39,022 bases of DNA from Nemertoderma westbladi. Lineage: Eukaryota > Animalia > Xenacoelomorpha. The notes under the pieces are model-generated. The model did not search any database, was not told the DNA's origin, and worked only from the letters and a program-made list of their open reading frames with translations. Location: contig JAUCBJ010006539.1 in the NCBI GenBank assembly GCA_032718475.1, positions 1-39,022 of the forward strand, read 5' to 3'. Below, piece after piece: positions 34,301-39,022 of this stretch. Made by a program: the position numbers and the translations under genes. Within the stretch, counting starts at the first letter, position 1. Every line of letters starts with the position of its first letter.

Positions 34301-35512
34301 CGTGGGTAGGAGTGGGCGCTACTCCTATCTGCTACCCGAAGGTAGGGGTGGGCGCTACTACTATATGCTACCCGAAGGTAGGGGTGGGCGCTACTCCTAT
34401 CTGCTACCCGAAGGTAGGGGTGGGCGCTACTACTATCTGCTACTCGAAGGTAAGGGTGGGCGCTACTCCTATCTGCTACCCAAAGGTAGGGGTGGGCTCT
34501 ACTCCCATCTGCTACCCGAAGGTAGGGGTGGGCGCTACTCCTATCTGCTACCCGTGGGTAGGAGTGGGCGCTACTCCTATCTGCTACCCGAAGGTAGGGG
34601 TGGGCGCTACTCCTATCTGCTACCCGAAGGTAGGGGTGGGCGCTACTACTATCTGCTACCCGAAGGTAGGGGTGGGCGCTACTCCTATCTGCTACCCGTG
34701 GGTAGGAGTGGGCGCTACTCCTATCTGCTACCCGAAGGTAGGGGTGGGCGCTACTCCTATCTGCTACCCGAAGGTAGGGGTGGGCGCTACTCCTATCTGC
34801 TACCCGAAGGTAGGGGTGGGCGCTACTCCTATCTGCTACCCGAAGGTAGGGGTTGGCGCTACTCCTATCTGCTACCCGAAGGTAGGGGTGGGCGCTACTC
34901 CTATCTGCTACCCGAAGGTAGGGGTGGGCGCTACTCCTATCTGCTACCCGAAGGTAGGGGTGGGCGCTACTCCTATCTGCTACCCGAAGGTAGGGGTGGG
35001 CGCTACTCCTATCTGCTACCCGAAGGTAGGGGTGGGCGCTACTCCTATCTGCTACCCGAAGGTAGGGGTGGGAGTTACTCCTATCCCAAGTTTTTCTCCC
35101 AGTAATTCATCTGGTCCTCATTTTATCGACCCCATTGGATGTAGGCTTAGTGGACCTGGGCGGGACTCGAACCAACAACCAATACATACGCGCTCAACCA
35201 ACTGAGTTACACCACCGCTTGTATTGTGAACCAAAGCAACTAATAATTATGTCACAATTTTTAAATATTAAATAACAATTACTTTTATTAAATAAATTGC
35301 ATCACTAATTGGATAACAGGCGATATATAATTATGCTACTTAACATCTATCAACACATTACTCACTCACATTAATTGTTCGCGGTATCTCTATACCGTTT
35401 CTGGTCCAGTAGACCCGCGGTGCTGGGTCGCCTCCCCGAGACCTGCAGTAAAGGACCTTGGACTGGCCTTCTCGGACCGTAGAGTTCGCCATCGGTTCCA
35501 CTGCCGGCACAA
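10117..35512 (-). CDS. NCAM: NCAM/Fasciclin II/apCAM-like neural cell adhesion molecule, 5'-partial multi-exon gene (Ig4, Ig5, 2x FN3, TM, cytoplasmic tail)
   Basis: Ten GT-AG exons join in frame with matching phases: 35370-35512, 32074-32227, 30219-30385, 29729-29843, 25975-26148, 25718-25840, 24215-24342, 15708-15891, 11421-11670, 10117-10378. Ig5 (VYSSWNGHTVTMSC..AHPQATIRW..TSYLDVKPNSIADYTKYNCVAQNSVG) and the TM/juxtamembrane motif (LLLFAIDISCFAINSCGVTYFIC) match NCAM-family signatures (VDITCYFLNKCG-type). The signal peptide and Ig1-3 were not found in the window. Confidence 0.93.
10759..11106. mobile_element. hAT-like MITE
   Basis: TIR (C/T)AGTGTTTAAACGG at both ends with subterminal TCGGGAT repeats; TSD not evident. 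Confidence 0.6.
11421..11670 (-). CDS. NCAM: NCAM-like exon, stalk + transmembrane helix + Cys-rich juxtamembrane segment
   Basis: tatatag|(G)TRRAPPTDGSYDNEGSNSKQLSDILPMAAISGIIIAVFVLLLFAIDISCFAINSCGVTYFICSGFCKHNRGTTEKDTEQSTYR|gtacca; phase 1 to 2. Confidence 0.92.
11820..14195. repeat. intronic minisatellite, 50-bp unit (TCCAACACACAATGACCGCAACAATGTCCCACAACAATTTCACAACCATG) with 38-bp deletion variants
   Basis: Direct periodicity; the unit is built from 12-13-bp ACAACAATGTCC-like subrepeats. Confidence 0.98.
14631..14648 (-). CDS. candidate 18-nt microexon of the NCAM-like gene (VNQSPQ)
   Basis: Long pyrimidine tract ttttgtccttccacccccctcctgtcccag, then TCAATCAATCCCCCCAAG|gtttta; phase 1-1 and frame-preserving, but the donor is weak. 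Confidence 0.4.
14775..15132. mobile_element. MITE-like element with 30-bp terminal inverted repeats
   Basis: Left ATCGTAGCTTAAGTGTCATAAGGCCCTAAGT versus reverse complement of right ATCGTAGCTGAAGTGTCACAAGGCCCAAGT; internal degenerate tandem duplication of about 95 bp; no clear TSD. Confidence 0.75.
15358..15399 (-). CDS. candidate 42-nt symmetric stalk exon of the NCAM-like gene (GGLPSISTTPFYIS)
   Basis: Branch-like ctaac, pyrimidine tract and aag acceptor; strong donor CGG|gtgagt; phase 1-1, open frame, S/T/P-rich. Confidence 0.6.
15708..15891 (-). CDS. NCAM: NCAM-like exon, FN3-2 C-terminal half
   Basis: tttgtttag|EGTVVNSAVIESTGAWQQVVIDSDHTQYMIRGLDSSSFYKMKLKAVNDLGESDWEEWTFTT|gtaggt; phase 0 to 1. 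Confidence 0.9.
15861..24202. repeat. intronic satellite, 40-bp unit (CAATGACTGAATAATTAACCACAGTGCCCTCCTAAACAAA), about 208 copies, overlapping the NCAM intron/exon junction
   Basis: Direct periodicity; higher-order blocks of about 402 bp and about 1.65 kb, marked by a 43-bp variant and the ATGACGAAAT variant. Confidence 0.98.
24215..24342 (-). CDS. NCAM: NCAM-like exon, FN3-2 N-terminal half
   Basis: tttgcag|(S)QPFKPVITSIATSPYASIYKLTWTPSSDGGSDISNYMLHYRK|gtaagt; phase 1 to 0. Confidence 0.92.
24727..24777. promoter_or_regulatory. cluster of three RFX X-box-like motifs
   Basis: GTTACCTGGCAAC, GTTACTAGGCAAC and GTTACTGAGTAAC at exact 19-bp spacing. Confidence 0.45.
25718..25840 (-). CDS. NCAM: NCAM-like exon, FN3-1 C-terminal half
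   Basis: tttgtag|(G)SAIIVNGLRPDGEYVFRVASRNAVGIGEFSPRANHVTLSK|gttagt; FN3 L-x-P-x-x-x-Y motif; phase 1 to 1. Confidence 0.92.
25975..26148 (-). CDS. NCAM: NCAM-like exon, FN3-1 N-terminal half
   Basis: tttgtag|(E)AVPANPPTGISFIDNSPTAVTLNWDPPAFDGGRPVTHYLVRFKGPGFTTAVEKDFRA|gttcgt; FN3 W-x-P-P-x-x-D-G-G motif; phase 1 to 1. Confidence 0.92.
26375..26657. repeat. 26-bp tandem repeat (AAATGTTTAAAAAACAGGCCATTGAT), about 11 near-perfect copies
   Basis: Direct periodicity. Confidence 0.97.
26652..26690 (+). promoter_or_regulatory. candidate promoter of the nested 7TM gene (inverted CCAAT, CRE, GC box)
   Basis: ATTGG, TGACGTCA (26659-26666) and GGGCGG (26685-26690) within 40 bp; possible 5'UTR donor AAG|gtgaat at 26750 and acceptor-like tttag directly before ATG 27411. 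Confidence 0.4.
27411..29153 (+). CDS. nested, single-ORF seven-transmembrane protein, gustatory receptor-like / DUF3537-like (7TM ion channel superfamily)
   Basis: 580-aa GC-rich ORF in AT-rich intron. Hydrophilic N-terminus, then about 7 hydrophobic segments with a long acidic loop between TM4 and TM5. Y-x-x-I-x-x-x-L-x-x-x-S-x-x-F before TM5, LAEVNSEAKRV after TM6, and C-terminal RISMIAYMSNTAIEMTIFDMPITYQTMTTI resemble the TM7a/7b region of Grl/DUF3537 proteins. The true start may be a downstream Met. The ORF is near certain; the family call is from recalled motifs. Confidence 0.8.
   Translation: MNKAREVIIRLNTMSRKGMFRGLVTQTTGMTSPINEDERDVTPIVTSDEINNHRTPNPGYTTETDDDLVTSGPVRHLPQEHGWTSLVTPSNPSTGTSCRTGSRSGVSSRYLEPPATPPTKQVSSGTFYDTQPGDQAMRGTRCPETNHVVRHSSRIPRWLWFAIAITVGVGPRRYVAYVLSAITLVSCLGFLSVYVTYQIYDIKSNYSKQTLVDGMISISLTTVWATLGFYSNRLSHRLFNNRKLVESFRLHAKTLFKINSAVLTFVLFIGFVVVSNFREAQLFHDQAVCTEVGLPGRLCTALWTSRIAFSVLSTAWNILVAYVVLSVCRTHTISIRRFTRELEQDSIAFEYNRRVAAARLQATQPEGYLQDNDLIESQMFDWDDGPPGNLLHELRAAGIQYDAESISDSEPGDRAERSSPDVLSVNSVDSSAMTATLPVLNNKAILYSYWRIQCRLRASSIAFQRWLMSWIVFITVWCLRYIVSWMTVDATVIQMVEFSLPLMMLPLLTSPLAEVNSEAKRVVKAVVPMEDRISMIAYMSNTAIEMTIFDMPITYQTMTTIAAAACVAFFARMIFYEVSN
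29729..29843 (-). CDS. NCAM: NCAM-like exon, Ig5 C-terminal half
   Basis: tttatag|IDSTSYLDVKPNSIADYTKYNCVAQNSVGLTSFTVQLT|gtaaac; phase 0 to 1. Confidence 0.92.
30219..30385 (-). CDS. NCAM: NCAM-like exon, Ig5 N-terminal half
   Basis: ttttaatag|(F)KPIIDENNKKVYSSWNGHTVTMSCTFVAHPQATIRWYTEGNENYDLTTRGYVVKQ|gtaagg; phase 1 to 0. Confidence 0.92.
30661..30890. mobile_element. degenerate copy of the 33447-33695 MITE
   Basis: Shares CCCATG.AAGAATAC, TTTCACCAAAAGC, CTAACCAAAACAATAAACGAATTAGTAT and CCGAAAAGTGAAA..CTTCACATGG in the same order. Confidence 0.8.
30961..31990. mobile_element. foldback-like non-autonomous DNA transposon remnant
   Basis: Begins TTAATCCTATTTGGCCCGGGG(n); three GCTGATCACGAAT-like motifs in the left half and three inverted ATCGTGATCAGC-like copies in the right half. 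Confidence 0.55.
32074..32227 (-). CDS. NCAM: NCAM-like exon, Ig4 C-terminal half
   Basis: cttctcag|NEHNTIHYEQTDEGIATLSFQPVTYKDRGFYNCVASNPGGQHTQSTYLMVE|gttagt; DxGxYxC motif; phase 0 to 1. Confidence 0.92.
32484..32820 (+). mobile_element. degenerate non-LTR retrotransposon fragment (AP-endonuclease domain)
   Basis: ISNRIIRCHF..KVVLIVCYSPTSVAPVDEVENF, then NRNFVHLQDFISGNGLLSAGTQFK*RTGKLWTHSGPSGHKSQIGLI, typical LINE APE motifs (YSPT; WT..P.G.KSQID); has stops and deletions. Confidence 0.8.
33447..33695. mobile_element. MITE with perfect 20-bp TIR (GCCCATGTGAAGAATACCAG)
   Basis: Exact inverted termini; AATTTTTT near both flanks (possible TSD, low complexity); second copy at 30661-30890. Confidence 0.85.
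33745..35217 (-). mobile_element. tRNA-derived SINE, probably interrupted by the 36-bp minisatellite
   Basis: Minus strand: A-box-like TAACTCAGTTGG (35198-35209) and B-box GTTCGAGTC (35164-35172), followed by AGGTCCACTAAGCCTACATCCAATGGGGTCGATAAAATGAGGACCAG, which resembles the conserved central domain of Deu/Nin-type SINEs (from memory). The tail assignment at 33745-33790 is tentative. Confidence 0.7.
33787..35085. repeat. 36-bp G-rich minisatellite (GGTAGGGGTGGGCGCTACTCCTATCTGCTACCCGAA), about 36 copies
   Basis: Direct periodicity. Confidence 0.97.
35370..35512 (-). CDS. NCAM: NCAM-like exon, Ig4 N-terminal half
   Basis: ttctccag|TT GTG CCG...: VPAVEPMANSTVREGQSKVLYCRSRGGDPAPRVYWTRNGIEIPRTIN|gtgagt; has the Ig B-strand Cys and C-strand Trp; phase 1 to 0. 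Confidence 0.9.
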
Positions 35513-36264
35513 CTGGAGAAACAAAATTAAAAACAATTCATAAAAATATGTCCTTCAAACATCACGGCGTATCTATTATGCACAATCTTAATAACTTTAT
35601 TTAACTTAAACAATATTTATGGTATCAGATAAAGTAAACGATATAGGCTCAAAATCACAAAAAGTGGCCAAATAATTTATTTTTTTTGTAAAAAAAAAAA
35701 GTTTCCCAAAGTATGTAATATTATATATCACCAGAAAGCTCTCGATGCGCTGAATTCAATGGTGGTAAGCCCCGACCTCATGGTAACAAATAATTGAGAA
35801 AAACAGATGTCCATTCATGTAACACTTGTCCCACAATGTAACGCCCGATATCAGCCAATCAGAGCCCTTGGATGGTGATTTCCGATGCCTGTAACAATTT
35901 GTCCCACCATGTAACACCAGTTGTAATTACACTGAAATGTTAAATTAACCTAGATTTCGTCTCTGAGTGGGAGCTATGCAGCCATTCCTGATCCCAGTAA
36001 CACATCCCAATAAAGCTTATTTGAAAATATAATCAATCATAATAAATCTTTATGGTCCCCATTTTTGGAAAAATTATAAAATATTATAGTTTATCAAATA
36101 AACATAAAGAGTTTATTAAAACATTTTAACCATTTTAGGTACTTTAGTGACGATTTATATGAAAATTCAAAAAGTATGAAGAGTTTATTACCGAGTTTAT
36201 AACTGTATATCACTATGGCTGAGCAGTTAGTCAAAACCTATAAATTGTTCATCAGTTTCATCTC

Positions 36265-36865
36265 CACCCTCCACAGAACCTCCTGTACTCCCCACTCCAT
36301 CTTCTACACCCTCCATTGATTCTCCTGTATTCCAAACATTATCTTGTATAGGCGCCACGGATCTTCCTATACTCCCCACTCCTTAAAAACCTGTAAAGTG
36401 TTCATTATCACTTTTATCCCCACCCTCCACAGATCCACCTGTACCTTCCACTCCCTCTTCCCCACCCTCCTCAGATCCTCCTGTACTTCTCACCCTGTCT
36501 CCCTCACCCTCCACAGATCCTCCTGTACTTATCACCCTGTCTCCCACACCCTCCACAGATCCTCCTGTACTTCTCACCCTGTCTCCCACACCCTCCACAG
36601 ATCCTCCTGTACTTCTCACCCTTTCTCCCCCCCACACCCTCCATAGATCCTACTGTACTTCTCACCCTGTCTCCCACACCCTCCCCAGATCCTCCTGTAC
36701 TTCCCATTCCGTCTCCCACACCCTCCCCAGATCCTCCTGTACTTCCCATTCCGTCTCCCACACCCTCCACAGATCCTCCCATACCTCTCACTCCGTCTCC
36801 CACACCCTCCACAGATCCTCCTGTACTTCCCACTCCGTCTCCCACACCCTCCACAGATCCTCCCA
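36265..36865. repeat. 42-bp pyrimidine-rich minisatellite A (CTCCCACACCCTCCACAGATCCTCCTGTACTTCTCACCCTGT)
   Basis: Direct periodicity, degenerate on the left side. Confidence 0.9.
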
Positions 36866-36909
36866 TTCTCCTCTCGCACCTCTACCTACTGATCTCGCAC
36901 TAACTACTC

Positions 36910-37310
36910 CTCTCGCTCCTCCAACTGCTCCCCTTCCACATCTACCTTTTCCCCTCGCACCTCCAACTGCTCCCCTTCCACATCTACCTTTTCCCCTCGC
37001 ACCTCCAACTGCTCCCCTTGCACCTCTACCTTTTCCCCTCGCACCTCCAACTGCTCCCCTTCCACATCTACCTTTTCCCCTCGCACCTCCAACTGCTCCC
37101 CTTGCACCTCTACCTTTTCCCCTCGCACCTCCAACTGCTCCCCTTCCACATCTACCTTTTCCCCACGCACCTCCAACTGCTCCCCTTGCACCTCTACCTT
37201 TTCCCCTCACACCTCCAACTGCTCCCCTTGCACCTCTACCTTTTCCCCTCACACCTCCAACTGCTCCCCTTGCACCTCTATTTTTTTCCCACCCATCTCT
37301 AACTGCTCCC
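36910..37310. repeat. 42-bp pyrimidine-rich minisatellite B (CACCTCCAACTGCTCCCCTTCCACATCTACCTTTTCCCCTCG)
   Basis: Direct periodicity with a 21-bp sub-period. Confidence 0.9.
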
Positions 37311-39022
37311 CCCACGGAGTTCCCAATCGCAGAAGATAGATCTAAGATGGACCGCATTCCATATAAGACAGATCAGTATTATTAGTCCTATTATTATTTA
37401 CTATCAGTATCTTGATACCGGAACGGCAAGCTGATATCTAATAAGTAATGAAATGTGGTCTCTATTCTATACCGTAGTCACATAGTGTCTGTATCAGTGT
37501 CTTATAACTGGTTCTGGTTAGGATTAGTTTGTTTAGTAGTCAATAGTAAACTCTATGCACTGTGCAGATCTGTAGATCCAATAACTTCGAATCAAACGCA
37601 ATAAAGAGGCAGCACTGATACTGTTACCGGTACTACTGTAGGTAGGTAAGTAAAGTACCAATTCTCAGTTAATACTGCTGTTCTGTGTGCATGACCTACA
37701 GCCTTATCAATATTATAAAGTCTGCACTACTAAAGTGTTACAGGTGAGACATGTCCCATTCTGTAGCCCAAAATTATTCGATTTACTTGTTACATGTGGG
37801 ACGTCCCGCCTTGTAACGATTTTTTGTGTTACAGGCTTTTGTTACAGATGGGACAAAGCTCATGCTGATAAATGTAAAAGCAACTAAAGTCTATTTCATA
37901 GTCAATTGTTGCCACAAATTATTACTCACGCAAAAGACCAAGAACTTGGCTATCTGCTGATATTTGAATCTTCATATCAAGTTCGTTAGAACTGATTCTA
38001 GAGCATGGTAAAGCAGTGCACTTGGTGTTACACATGGGACAATCCTAATTGACATAATCGACTCGCACGTATAAAACCAGCCATATCTCCGGTTGTGTTT
38101 AGTATTTTTTCGTATAATCTGGAACATTCCACTTCTTGAAGATTTTCCTTTTCAAATAAGAATTTAGTTTATAGAATCCAAATAAAAACCTATTGGTGAA
38201 TTCAGTTGTTACCGTTTGGGACAAGTGATTGTCAAAATAGGGGTATATTATCTATTGTTGTATTTAAATATGATATCAATAAAACAATTTGGGAGTTATT
38301 CCATTGCATTCCTCTATTATTTAGCTTTAAAATGAGCTATAACTTGTTGAATTACTCCCAGTAGATGTCAAAATACATCCCCCACAATGCAATGAACGTT
38401 TTTGGACAATTGAAAAACCTGCATTTTTTAGTACTAAAAGGTCTGTAAAATCTTTCAATGTCGGAGTGGTAGTATGATTTTTTGTGCATCTGTTGGACCA
38501 TAAAATTATCTTCAAAAATATATATATCTTTACTAGGATCCCAAAAAAATTTCATTCTAAAATTAAGTCGAATCGTGTGGGAAACGTTTTTGGCCATTTT
38601 TTTTTAGTTTGGGCCTATACAGTCTATACACGGTGTACCTGTACTGATATTACTATACAGTATACTACTGTATATAGATATACTAACCAACGTAGGAAGC
38701 TACAGCACTTTTAATGTTATAAAGTTATTAGTAAAAAATATTGAATTGAAAAACATAGCGAATGAAACTTTAACTTTATTTCAATATAATTATGACATGA
38801 AGATTATGACTATAACGAATTTAGTATAAAATCAGATATCGATGAACAAAAGTTTCCGGAATTCGTAAAATGTGATTTTTAAGCTAAAACAAATAAATAA
38901 ATTTCAACCTAAAATAAATACAACAAGCAGAATTATATTATGTGAAAGATCTTCACTAACATTAGTAGAAAATATGAAATTTCCGTGTAGTGGAATTGTA
39001 TAATAGATTTGCATCAGATACA

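Larger units (their letters stand above)
35646..38615. mobile_element. possible degenerate TIR DNA transposon (non-autonomous)
   Basis: TATA|GGCTCAAAATCACAAAAAGTGGCCAAA..GTTTCCCA versus right-end reverse complement TATA|GGCCCAAACTAAAAAAAAATGGCCAAA..GTTTCCCA; repeated TGTCCCA-n-TGTAAC motifs on the left, inverted copies on the right; no transposase seen. Confidence 0.45.

Noticed and set aside
33737-35205. 444-aa and 315-aa ORFs (PKVGVGATPICY / EGRGGRYSYLLP repeats)
   Set aside because: By-products of the 36-bp minisatellite inside an NCAM intron.
35160-35217. tRNA gene
   Set aside because: A and B boxes are present, but there is no complete cloverleaf or anticodon arm, and the sequence continues into a SINE-type body.
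36344-37357. RG-rich and other ORFs
   Set aside because: Translations of the two 42-bp minisatellites.
37930-37997. Possible upstream NCAM exon (ISSNELDMKIQISADSQVLGLL, tag...gtgagt, ends in phase 1)
   Set aside because: It lacks the DxGxYxC/G-strand features expected at the end of Ig3 and lies within a putative transposon.

Overview
AT-rich animal (invertebrate) genomic DNA, not prokaryotic. The minus strand carries the 3' part of a multi-exon NCAM/Fasciclin II-type adhesion gene. I reconstructed it by hand as Ig4-Ig5-FN3-FN3-stalk-TM-cytoplasmic tail: 10 phase-compatible core exons between 35512 and 10117, plus 2 candidate small stalk exons; the 5' exons lie outside the window. A single-ORF, 580-aa seven-TM gene of the gustatory-receptor-like/DUF3537 (7TM ion channel) type is nested antisense in the Ig5-FN3 intron. 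About half of the window is tandem repeat (54/57, 50, 40, 26, 36 and two 42-bp units), and there are several MITEs, a tRNA-derived SINE and a LINE fragment. The most unusual feature is an 8.3-kb intron made almost entirely of about 208 copies of a 40-bp unit that duplicates its own 3' splice site plus the start of the downstream exon. About 200 decoy acceptors therefore precede the real one, and the decoy nearest the exon has lost its AG. All calls come from manual reading; no database searches were run.
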